From assembly GCA_044892525.1 (NCBI GenBank), contig CM097887.1, forward strand, positions 56,296,001 through 56,360,000: a stretch of 64,000 nt of DNA, read 5' to 3'. The DNA comes from Schmidtea polychroa. Lineage: Eukaryota. The notes beneath the pieces were generated by a model, which made no database searches, had not been told where the DNA came from, and worked only from the letters and a program-made list of their open reading frames with translations. Positions 1 to 11,500 of this stretch are shown piece by piece. Position numbers and translations under genes: made by a program. Within the stretch, counting starts at the first letter, position 1; every line of letters begins with the position of its first letter.

Positions 1-20
1 CACTGACCCTTCAAGCAATT

Positions 21-1549
21 GTGTGCGATGGAACCAATACTAACACCGGAAAAAATAATGGAATAATCAGAAGACTCGAAAAAAGCCTAGGGCGACCTCT
101 ACAATGGCTGATATGCTTGTTGCATGCAAATGAATTGCCATTCAGGAAGTATTTTTCAGTCGTCGATGGTGGAGAAACAAAAGGTCCAAAAACGTCATGT
201 GGTGAAATAGGAAGCGTTCTTGATTTTGATCCAAAAGACAAGCCCGTAGTAGCCTTTATGTCCCTTCCTGGAAAGGTCGTAGATATTAGTGAAAATGTCA
301 AGAAAGAATTGAACACTGATCAATTGTATTTCCTCAGAGTATGCTTGGCAGTCCAGAAGGGTACCACAACAACAAGGATGTCCCTTTTCTACAAATGGCA
401 CAACCAGGAAATTTGAATCACAGTCGCTGGCTAACGAAAGCTAATAGAATTCTGCGACTATATATGTCCGAAACTGCTCCATCTGAACCTCTCATGCGAA
501 TAGTGAAATTTATTGTCAATTTCTATGGACCGTCATGGTTTTTTATAAAGACTCACTCGTCATGCCAAGATGGTGCAAGAAATATTTTTTATATGCTCCA
601 ACTTCTGCAGGATTTGGATCCATCAGACCAAGAAATCATCTTTCCTGTCATTCAGAACAACAATTACTTCTCACATCCAGAAAATATACTCCTAGCTGCT
701 GTTGGTGATGATGATGAAGAAATCAGAAAGTTTGCAACAGAAAAAATCATAACTGCAAGACAAAATTTTCTCCCTTCCGAAGTGATTCGCACTATGGACA
801 AGAATACTATCTTTCTTCAGTCGTCTGCTACATCATATGTTGACATGATTGACTGGACAAAATGTAATTTGACGCCTCCCCCTCTTTTATCTCATATATT
901 GGATCATGAATTGAAGATGAATAAGAAAATTACATTAGAAAAATTTCCCTGTCATTCTCAAGCCGTTGAAAGAGCCATCAAAGATGTTTCTTCTGCCAGT
1001 TGCAAAGTGTTTGGTCACAAGTCCAGACATGGTATGGTACTACTGTGTAAAAAATCAAGGAAGGAATTGCCCAAGGTGCAAAGCAAAGCTGATTTCATGT
1101 GACTTCTTTTTATGCCCTCGCTAATACATTTCTAAACTTTTGGCTGGATGTTTTTAATAAAAAATAATTTCGAAAGTTGATTTTTGTCTTTGAAAAGGAT
1201 AATTCAAATTTGGCCCTTCCTAATCACTGACGTTGTCAGGATATATTTCAATGCGGGATGAGGACACAGAATATACTATCTCAGCCCAAGAGAGTAAATA
1301 ATATACTTATAAGCTCTTAAGAAAGCTACATCTAAATATGGACAAAGGTGCAAAACACATTCCGACACTAGCCAAATTACATTGTTTTCACACTTATGTT
1401 GAACTGCATTTTCGGAGAAAAGTTGGGAGCAGTAAATGTCCATAAATCTAAGTAAAATGGTTTGATTCGATTTTTCTATACCAAAATACAACTTTTTAAC
1501 CATGTTTCCTTTCTTGAACTCAAAATTTATTAACATTCGACCCACCCTA
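21..1549 (+). mobile_element. Degenerate hAT-like (hATm-type) DNA transposon: frameshifted transposase plus right end
   Basis: ORFs 21-416 and 341-1102 join by a frameshift. Motifs CDGTNTNTG, WLICLLHANEL (CxxH), RWLT and CHSQAVER fit an RNase H-fold DDE transposase. The right end reads TTAGGGTGGGTCGAA on the minus strand at about 1535-1550, an hATm-like terminus. The left end lies outside the window. Confidence 0.65.
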
Positions 1550-2714
1550 ACATANNNNNNNNNNNNNNNNNNNNNNNNNNNNNNNNNNNNNNNNNNNNNN
1601 NNNNNNNNNNNNNNNNNNNNNNNNNNNNNNNNNNNNNNNNNNNNNNNNNNNNNNNNNNNNNNNNNNNNNNNNNNNNNNNNNNNNNNNNNNNNNNNNNNNN
1701 NNNNNNNNNNNNNNNNNNNNNNNNNNNNNNNNNNNNNNNNNNNNNNNNNNNNNNNNNNNNNNNNNNNNNNNNNNNNNNNNNNNNNNNNNNNNNNNNNNNN
1801 NNNNNNNNNNNNNCCAACTTAGATAGAGTAATTCACAATTTTCATAAATAACCCTCTCAAGTTGTATACTAGTTGAACTAATAATAGTAGGGTTAATTTA
1901 GATTATATATACTACACTCGAAAATAAAAAATATTTTTAATTATATATTTAAATATATATTTGACTTATAAAGTTATAATTCAAATTTATTTCCTTTTCC
2001 CCTCAAGTTATATGATAGTCGAGGTAGGGCGACGATACCAATCGAACAGTACATCTTATTAATATTATTTATGCTATCATAGGTCTAATATCACTTTGTT
2101 ATTCCAAGTTCATGACTGGGATTATTGGTCTTCTTTTGCTCATTTACCATGGTCCTCATTATTACGAGTAATTGCTTCATTTTAGATGCCAATTTGAGGG
2201 TTATGGTGGAGATACACAGAGGTTCCAGATCGGTCGGGAAATATTAACATGGTAATGATGTTTCGCTGTTAATTCAATCTTGTATAACAATAATTATTCA
2301 GTTGTGGAATATAGATATTTTTTCCATTCATGAACATTTGAATTCTACCTTCCTCAATCTCTGCGATTTAATTCTAGAAATGTATCAAAATCACACAGGA
2401 AACATGAGCAATAATGTTAAGTGGATATTATGTGATGGATATCCTTCGACTGTTAGCAGCAGCCTGATGTTAATAAAAATATAGGCATAAAGGCAGCTAA
2501 TAATCAACTACAACAGAGAAATATTAGTCAAAGCTAAAGAGATTCGTTAGTATGATACGGGTTCCCATTTGAACACAGCTTTAAATAAAACTAATGTTGG
2601 TATATGTGGGGAAGAGGAAATTATTGCACGCATTATCATCTCACACACCCTGCATCATTACTCCGCTCAGATACTCCCCATACATACACAAAATGATCAT
2701 GTACATATTCCCAC

Positions 2715-2848
2715 GCATGAGCCCGTGGTGATGTTCCACGTTGGTGCTGCCCACACGGGTTGGAAAAGGTTAGCAGGTGAGCCTCTGCCTTAAGACTACT
2801 CCTAACCCTTTCTCGGTACGGGTTCTACGGTGCCTTAGAAGGTCTTAC
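2715..2848 (-). ncRNA. Conserved three-hairpin structured RNA, copy 1 (unnamed)
   Basis: H1 CCTTCT/AGAAAGG. H2 GGTTAG-GAGTAGTCTTAAGGCAGAGGCTC-ACCTG-CTAACC. H3 GTGTGGGC-AGCACCAA-CGTGG/CCACG-G-GCTCATGC. The stems covary with the copies at 40568-40705 and 59050-59186. Confidence 0.75.
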
Positions 2849-3134
2849 CCATTGCTTCACACGAAATCCAGTCTGACCCTGGTCCGAAGGGACGACATTT
2901 AAGTTCGTATCATATCTTCAGAAGTACCTTTCACTTAAATAAATCACAGCAATCCATGCATACTAGGGACAAAATCAAAGGATTTGAACAGTTATATTGA
3001 ACAACAAAACCCCAAAGAAATACATTTATCATTAAATAAATAAGCACAAAACATCAACGGGCGTATATAGGATAACGTCACTTCTTCGGGTTTCTTTATG
3101 CTGCACGAAAATATTTGGCCACTGGAAGGGGTCA

Positions 3135-3896
3135 TTACGGAAACCCCTCGCCTTCCGCGATCATCGCGTCGATGTCGACGGGAAATCGGTGGTCGGACAT
3201 ATACTTAATACCTTCTGCTGGAATTATGCGAATGATTTCCTTAGTTGGAATGGAATGGCTGGAGGATATTTCTTTTATGGTAGACTGAGCCACCGATAGG
3301 GACGTCTCGAGAGCAGCCATCGCGTCTCGGCGTTTCTGATTTTTCTCGGCTCGGGTCGGCCGTTTCCGTTTGCGGGACGACGGGTGGTTTTCAGTGTGCG
3401 GGGTGACGACGGGTGCCACCAGAATTGGATCCAAGATGGGGTCGGTAGGTCCACCTACCACAGGTTGAGAACCCGATAAAATTGGAGCTGGGATGGGCGG
3501 TAGGCACGATCCATGCCCTTGGCAGCTCGTAGTAGTTGGTTTGGATACTTGGTGATGAAGAGGGAAAACGTTCATTTTTTCTATGACGGGGAATTCCCGT
3601 ACCCGCTTGGCTAGCTCTGCCTCCGTGTATACCTTGTGGAGGGCTTCTGATTGGGCTTTGATTGTAAGCCGTTGGCATCGGCTTTCCTCCAGCAAGCTAT
3701 CTCTACAATGTTCTAGCCGCAATACTTTACTTCTCTCCTCCTTCATTTGTGGCGGGGAGAACCACGTGCCTTCGTAAAGATCGATTCTTTTCTTGAGAGC
3801 CCCGATGTAGAGGTGAAGCTGCGCGATGTCAGCATTTTTGTCCGCGCAGGAAAAACAAGGACGAAGAATTTTCTCGGTATTGATTGGGGTAGTCAT
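3135..3896 (-). CDS. Family X ORF A (253 aa): CxxC, coiled coil, basic patch; function unknown
   Basis: Intact ORF with an N-terminal ~90 aa clearly homologous to 41000-41749 (shared LRPCFSC, EGTWFSPxQMKE, EHCRD, QSEALHKVY). Confidence 0.75.
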   Translation of the reverse strand: MTTPINTEKILRPCFSCADKNADIAQLHLYIGALKKRIDLYEGTWFSPPQMKEERSKVLRLEHCRDSLLEESRCQRLTIKAQSEALHKVYTEAELAKRVREFPVIEKMNVFPLHHQVSKPTTTSCQGHGSCLPPIPAPILSGSQPVVGGPTDPILDPILVAPVVTPHTENHPSSRKRKRPTRAEKNQKRRDAMAALETSLSVAQSTIKEISSSHSIPTKEIIRIIPAEGIKYMSDHRFPVDIDAMIAEGEGFP

Positions 3897-4587
3897 CTAA
3901 AGATCAAGATATCAAATTTGTTTTTCGCATTTAGTTGATCGACGATCATATTTGTGCCACGCGGGTTCGATCACCCACCTCCCTCATAAAACGAACTAAA
4001 AAAAAATTATCTCACACATACGTTCAACATTCGTCCATAAACTCATGCATACCACAGATCATTCATGATAATTCGCACAAATCTCCCTAACTTATTTGAA
4101 AGAAAATGAGAATAGTCACCTTAAATTTACTCGTCTATGTCAATCTGGTCGATTTTGGTTAAATATATTATTGCCGTCTCGCGATTGTTATTTTAATGGT
4201 ATTAATCTGGTTTATTAAACTACCTAATTATCTTTCTCTGTATTATGTCTCACTCGTTATCAAAAAAATTAGGCATTATTGAATTAATAGAACAAGAAAA
4301 TCCGATTTAGGTTCCTGACCGTATACAAAATCGATCGCTTAAACATTTAATTCGTAATTACTGTTTTCACCCATTATTATTTTCAAGTGTTTGTTTTTAA
4401 ATCGCTGCGATAATGGTTGTCATGACGACGTAGACTAGTGAGTGTGTGTACCATAATATGTTTATCTACTTACATTACGACTGCCGTGTGAAGATGTTAT
4501 ATCACTATACGAAAATTCGGCCTGCTCGTTGGTTTCTACACACACTCTACTATCTCAGGTAAAGCCTATTTCATTATGTAACTATGA

Positions 4588-4739
4588 CGTCATATAGAAC
4601 TCCCCCGATTGGATTTGATGTCGTCTTTGCTGGAACGAATTTCTCTACCGGGTGTGCGTGCATATGTTCGTGTGACGTTATCGATGGGAAGTTCTATTAG
4701 AGTTTTCATGAGTACATGCCTTACGTACGTGGGTGCCTG
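4588..4739 (+). CDS. Family X small ORF B, divergent from ORF A
   Basis: GVRAYVRVTLSMGSSIRV aligns with GVCGYVHVLTFHGNEIRL in 42395-42586. Identical residues often differ at third codon positions. Confidence 0.45.
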
Positions 4740-5602
4740 ATTCGGGAGCTGCATGTGAACTGAAGCTGATTCTCTATTCTCCATGATGTTGTCAACTCAA
4801 GATAATAGCTGTCGACGCGTTTAATGAGCTAATCGCAGTGGATATTATCACGCTATCTTTCCTATCAAGTTCTCGTCGACCCTCTCATTCGGTTAGCTAT
4901 ACTCTGACTGAAATTCATTTGACAATTAGACGATAATGCGGACAGCGCTTTCGCTCATATCCACCGTAAGTGTTCTGATTACTCCTCATGATTTATTTAC
5001 TTTATTTTTCAGAGAAACGACGCTTATCAATAACCCGAGAGTCAATCATTCGGCCTACAATTGCAGTGACAATGGATTCAGCCGCCAACGTCCTGGCGAT
5101 TCAAATCTCAAACAAAAACTTAGAGATAGCCTAAATCTCATTGGAATTTTTCGCACTACTATCCGCGGATGTTCAACCTACTGTGATTCGAAAGCTTAAG
5201 GAGTAACTACTTCTAATTGGAAATTAACCAAAGGTGATCGTGCACAAATAAACAGATTCTCGTCTCACGGTTTCTCCGAAAGATCTCGATGGATTTATTG
5301 TTTGCATCAAAGGCCATAATTTCAGCTTCTCCAAAACAATATTTTCCTATGCCGAACGCAGACATCACTCAGTGACAGAATTTCCCGTGCAGTAGTAATA
5401 TCGTCCGCCGGATGTCCTCACCCCTCCTGACCCACCTAAGGACGGCAATCATCGCTGCCACCATCCCTAGACCGCCAGGAAGGACGATTCGATCTCCTCA
5501 CTCCGTCAATAAAAAAAAAACAAAAAGGTTTTTTGTAATAAATATGATTAAATACATGGTATGGTTTTATAAAATTTATCGTGATAATAAAATTTACTTG
5601 TC

Positions 5603-5616
5603 TGGCGACCACGCCG
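5603..5616 (+). promoter_or_regulatory. PBS-like motif TGGCGACCACGCCG (tRNA-Arg-type, tentative)
   Basis: Identical 14-mer to the PBS at 27974-27987 ahead of the second Gypsy gag, but no gag follows here. Confidence 0.45.
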
Positions 5617-6889
5617 TCTGAGTCTCGAATATGATGCCGCCCCAAAATCATCACGATCGTTCAATTATCTCTATTGCTATAAATCTAACTTCGTCCCGAT
5701 TTTCAATGTCACTTCTAGCCGCCATTCTCGTGGCTTCTTCTACGGATTTATTTGATTTTCCCGCATCATATTGGAGTCCCAGACGACATCGTCGTCAGCA
5801 CCATAGAGAGAGAGAGGAACATCTTTCGAAAATTAAAACATTTATTATACTAAAAGAATTTATTCAATATCGAATTCATAGAAATATTTAATATCATCAT
5901 CATAAAAGGCATTTAAATCAATCACCATACTTACTAAATAATATCCTTCGAGAGTGTCAAAAACTGGTAAATGTTCGATAAATCGTTTTCCTTTTGGTTC
6001 CGCTAGATACTAGTAGTCGATTGTGTTTTCGTTGAATCGTAGTCAAAATGGTGTTCAAGATGCTGTAGAGTAGCGATTAAAAGTGGTAGTCATAATAAAA
6101 CAAAAATTTTTACCTGTAGAGTAGCGATTAAAAGTGGTACTCTACAGATTTTTCCCTTCCGTTATATACTATTCTTCGTCCAATCAGGACGCGCCTTGTT
6201 TGTGATATTTTTTATTTATTATTATTTAGGTGTTTTTATTGAAATGTGTTGGGTTTTAATAACTTTTCCTATTTGTATTAATATTTTTTATTTTAGTATT
6301 TTTTTATTATTTTCCTCCCGTTTTTTCTGCGCGTTTATTGTCATTTTATCGTAATACAATTCTTTTTTTAATTCGCCTATACATTTATTTGAGGATTTCT
6401 ATTTTATTTTCTTAAATTTCTCGTTTATTTCTTACGTTTTTTGTTATTTTATGTTTTTTCCTTTTCCTACCATGTGTGTTGGGTAATTTCACCTTATTTC
6501 GCCTTATGCATTCTATTGTTTTATTAGTTATTTTTATTTCTTTTATATTCTTATTTCTTTTATTGTTATCTGATTTAGTTATTCTTATATTTCTCGTGAT
6601 TTTATTGAAAATTTGTTTTATCCTATTTATTCGTTCTTAGCCCGATTTTCGACACTCTCGAAGTTTAGCCCAACACTAAAAACGTTTTATTGTTACTGAA
6701 AATGATTTGTTTTGAGTCTGTCATTCTGACCAAGAAAGCAAAATCAGATTAATATATTTCCGACTGAACAAAGATAATAAAATTGTTGAAGCAAGTATAA
6801 TAATGCCGATTAAAAAACCTCTAAGTAAGATGTAAATCCTGCGCATTAGTTACGAAAATAATAAAATAACTGGATTTATCACCTAAAAG

Positions 6890-8203
6890 TAGGCCTGTCA
6901 TGAAATATTTGAATAAATCCGGGACATTTTCAAAAATACCGGTTTACAAAAACAAATTAATTTAATTATGAAAAAATATATTTATTAACAATAAGTTCTT
7001 AATTTTGATACTTTTCGTGTGAGTGAATCTTTTCAAGCAACTGAAAGTTTGATTTAATTTTCTTGTAAAACTCACTAGAACTAATTTTTGAGTTATATTG
7101 TAGAGTGATGATCGCATTTACAGTGCTCAAATCGAAACTTCCCTTCTGATCGGCCCATGCTTGATTGATCAATTAAAATAAACGTTCAACTCCCATTGAT
7201 GTTCCTGGGATGCATAAAGCAAATTCAACTAATCTTTCCATATTAGTTAGACGCATTGAATTTTCACGAAAATGAGAAAAGCCCAAAATTTTGCAGCACT
7301 CGCTTTTTCGTCGGCACATGCGAAATTCTCTTCGTTCATAAATATTTGAATTTGATAATACTCATCGAAAAGCAAATCTTGATTTATTATTGCAGAACTT
7401 GCACCGTGTCGTTCTATGATAAAATCAACAGACTTTTCAATTTGCGGCCATTCCGGAGTTTTGTACATACTCATCCATCCAAAATTTTGAGCACCATCCA
7501 ACGATTCCTGCCACTTGTCGAGATATGCAATCAGCTCTTCATAAAATTCTTTAACATTTTCAAAAACAACGCTTTGAGTGTCAACATGCAAGCGGGACAA
7601 TTCTAGAAGGGCTTCTCGAGTGAGATACGCCAATTGAAGACGATTTTTGACTTTTTCCTTGAATAATATCAACTCAAAAGAAATTTCAAATGCAGCAATT
7701 TCCGATCTATCAAACAAAAGCATGGCATCGTTTATCATTTGTATTTGGTTACTCAAGGAAAGGAGCCAAAATTAAATAGCTTTCAAGTGAGAAGTTTTTG
7801 ATGACCAGTGGACATTTTGCCTTGAGTCCTTTGAAATATTCTTTTAATGGATCAAACATTTCAATAAATCGTTGAAGTAAGTTACACCTTCAACAGTCTT
7901 ATTAGGTAATTTTACGATAAATTTTCAGATTTTTCTTGCAAAATATTGAAAATTATACTCTTTTAACAACTTTTTTTGATAACACAGGAAAAACTGAAGG
8001 CAGAGAGTGAAATTTTTTTAAAATTAAACGTTATTTTTATTTTAAATTTTTTTCAAAATTTTCAACATTTTGTTATAAAAAATAATCTGCAAAATATAGT
8101 GAAAAATTTTTTGCACAATTTTCAAAATTCGGACAAATTGTCTTAAACCCAGGACAAATCTCAAAAATCCGGGACAATCCCGGCCAAAAGGCCGGTAGGA
8201 CTA
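6890..8203 (-). mobile_element. Internally deleted hAT transposon
   Basis: TAGGCCTG/TAGGACTA ends with a near-perfect 8-bp TSD (CCTAAAAG 6882-6889, CCTGAAAG 8204-8211) and subterminal CCGGGACA repeats. ORF 7247-7756 is followed by a decayed hAT dimerisation-domain-like segment (VERF...W...N...EFY...KY). Confidence 0.75.
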
Positions 8204-8558
8204 CCTGAAAGGTAATTAATTCTAAAAAATATATAATTCTGAGAATTATTGACTAAAATTCATAATTTTATTAATTCATTAAATTCAAATAAAATATTTC
8301 AATAAAAATTTATTCTAGTTTTGGAGTCCGCCTGAGATTCTAATTGGAATAAATAAATACCTGAATAATTGCAAATTATGAGAATCGTATGCGAAAGTTA
8401 AACACAAGTTGTCGGAAAAATCATTTTGTAAAAATTATCTCAATAGCTGATTATTATTTTTAAATTGTAATGTTATCAATGATAAATAATCTAATAACAA
8501 ATTATATTTATAACATAAAATTCTACAATCTCATTTGTAATCAAAATTAGTATAAATC

Positions 8559-11500
8559 TCATAGTGGAACATTACTAAAAAGATAAGAAACCGATTCCCC
8601 ATTATGAGTTCTTCTAATGGCTTCAGCAAATACCATACTAACATCAATGCACTGAAATTTTTATATGTCAATTACATTTTTGAAATTATTAACATTTTTT
8701 TACTTGAACTTTATTTGATTGTTTCATGACCTTATCTTGATCGATTGTATTTGTTACTACAATTGCTGTAAACTTTGAACTTTCTATACGACTTATTGCT
8801 GGACCAGAGAATATACCATGCGTTCCTACTGCATACACCTCTTTAGCACCAGCTTCAATCAATCTGATTCAAAATTCGTGGAATTAATATTATTATTGTT
8901 ACCCATCAAAAATAACGGAGTTTTTTAGTTTCGATATATTAAAATTGTTTAGTTATTGGGCTGGTGATAATATTTGTAAATTCAATTATTTTACTCTGAC
9001 TCCAATAATTCACAAATTACGAATAAGATAAGCTTTATTAATATTCACAATATATCGTACAAGTTGCAATTACAACCAATTAACTCAAACCCAATTAATT
9101 ACACAGAGCTTATAGCGACACTACGTGAAGAATAGCCCTTCTCGTATAATTTATGCAACAACAACAATAATCACTAGCCGTCAACCACTCAATTACAGGG
9201 TACGTTGATCGATTGTTCTATTTGCTTTGACCACAAATTTACTCACTCCACTACCTCTTTATATTCAATTTTATAAAAGATTCTCGTCACTCTCTCAATC
9301 AATTATTTATTATCAACCAGTTCTCTTCTGCTACTCAGGTTTCACGCTGTTTAATTCTCCTTTCAATTCTCTAAATTTAGCTCTCTTCTAATTAACTCTA
9401 ACTTCTGTGTCTTTCATTTTATAGCTTACCCCATTTGCGGTACTTGAGAAAATTTGTTTTCCATTTTCTTTTATTCTTTGTATTCCCCACTATTACAACA
9501 TTATCTCTGACAGATGTTGTGATATGCCCTGTTTTTTCATTTTCGTGTTGTGCCGGCTTTTCCTAACATTTCGATATCTTTGACAAGCTGTCTAGATACG
9601 GGTTTTCCCATATTTTTGTTTTGACATTCCTCCTTCGTTTGCACTTCTTAATTAACAATGACCTTTGTTTGTATTTCTTGTTTTTCTTTTATTTGATTTA
9701 TCTTTCTCATTTCCATTTCTTTTTACTTCCGTTTTCTTCTCCGAGTTACCTTAGATCGTCCCGTTTGTCATGACGATTTGCCCCCCCCCAGGTAATTTAC
9801 TTAAATATTATACTATTTGCTATTTAGGTATCCTCAACAAAATCCCGGCTGACAATTTATATTTAATTGTATTCAAAACATTATAATTATTATAATTATA
9901 TAATATATAATATATAAGATAACGCCAATCAAACATTCTTTTCACGACATATTTCGACAGTTTTCCTGTCATTAAATTAAGGATTTTAAACAAATTTATT
10001 AATTACATATAAAAAATTTTTCTTTTCAATAATGAATGGTATCAACAAATAGATGGAGTTGCTATGGGTTCTCCTTTAGCACCAACGATGGCTTCAATTT
10101 TTTTAACAAGCTTAGAAAAGAAAATTGCATCTTTCCAAGGTATGAAACCCACTGTTTATAAACGGTATGTGGATGATATTTTTCTTATATTTGAAAATCA
10201 GAGGCATGTTGACCCGTTTTTGCATTATATGAATAATCTACATAAAAACATTGTATTCACATGTGAAACGGAGAAAAAATCACCACTTGCTTTCTTGGAT
10301 CTGTTAATACAACGCAAAGAGAAACACTATGAGACAGAGATTTATAGAAAATCAACTGATATTGGTCTCTATACTTCTTCTGAAAGTTTTTGTGAATTCA
10401 AGTATAAAAGAAATATGGTGAAGGGGTTGATTTATCGTGCATGGTCTTTGTCTTCTACTTTTAAAAATTCAGTAAAAGTGTTGACATATTGGTTGAACTG
10501 TTAATGAAGAACGGTTATTCAAAATCCTTTTTAGTAATTATTATTGGGAACGTGTGATTTGTGAGGCGTTGTTGATAAAATCAATGAATCCGAAAATTAA
10601 TGTGCAGAATGCAGTAAATACTTGTGTTTTGAGTGTTTTTAAATAGGTTTTTTTATATTGTATGTATTGATTGTTGTATTAAATTAAATAATTAATAAAA
10701 ATTTTTAAATTGTTAAATTAAATTATAAATGTTAAAATTTTAAAAAAATAATATATTAATTTAAGTATAATTTTTTTTAAAAATAATTATTGTTTTTATA
10801 AAATAAAAAATTTTTTTATATATAATTAATAAATTTGTTTAAAATCCTTAATTTAATGAGTTATTATATCCCACCTGATGATGACAGGAAAACTGTCGAA
10901 ATATATCGTGAAAAGAATGTTTGATTGGCGTTATCTCATAATTAAATCATTGCCATGTATGTTTAACTATTTATATAATATATAGTATGAAAAATTATTG
11001 ATCAATTTAATTTTTTTAAAAGAGACAGACAGACAACGGAAATTATGATATATGATTAGTTATTATTATATGATTAGTTATTATTATTATTATTATTATT
11101 ATTAAAAAGTCGATTTTTAGCGTTATGTAACACACAATTAGTTAGTAAATGCATATATCCCCCTTACATTATAAGGCCTTAGCCATTTGATATTTCTAAT
11201 AACTCAAGTACCAAATAACTTATCTCATAACTATTTTCATGTAATTTCTTAATTATTTACTTTGGGCCTTTGTATCGATTGTCATCCTTATTTCACTGGT
11301 GCATCTTAACTAATACTTTATCGATCTATGTATCGTACTTATTTGTTTCATTATGTTTTTTGTATATTCTGCTGTTTTCAACTTCAATTTTCTTTATAAT
11401 CCAAACTCTTTCAATTGCTCTTTCAATCTCGTTGCTGAAAACAATATTTGTTTATAGATCTACGAGATACAATTCCTGCTCGAGCATATATCGTATTCTT

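Larger units (their letters stand above)
2600..6675 (-). mobile_element. Family X copy 1: LTR-like 5' unit, internal ORFs, structured 3' RNA
   Basis: On the minus strand: TGTTGGGCTAAAC terminus at 6675, A-rich tract, CTGATTGG box (~6180) and TATATAA, then unit end ...ATCGAACA at 5972. ORF A at 3135-3896 and the hairpin module at 2715-2848 follow. The same order appears in copies 2 and 3. The 3' boundary is approximate. Confidence 0.6.

Noticed and set aside
1502-1822. Track ORFs made of X runs (also near 16.4, 20.0, 25.2, 32.1, 33.6, 33.9, 39.7, 44.1, 54.8 and 56.7 kb)
   Set aside because: Artefacts of translating N gaps.
2741-2756. H3 bulge GCAGCACCA as a tRNA-mimic primer for the large Gypsy PBS
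   Set aside because: Only 7 of 8 positions pair, in one copy. The other two copies (ATTACCA, AGTACCA) do not fit.
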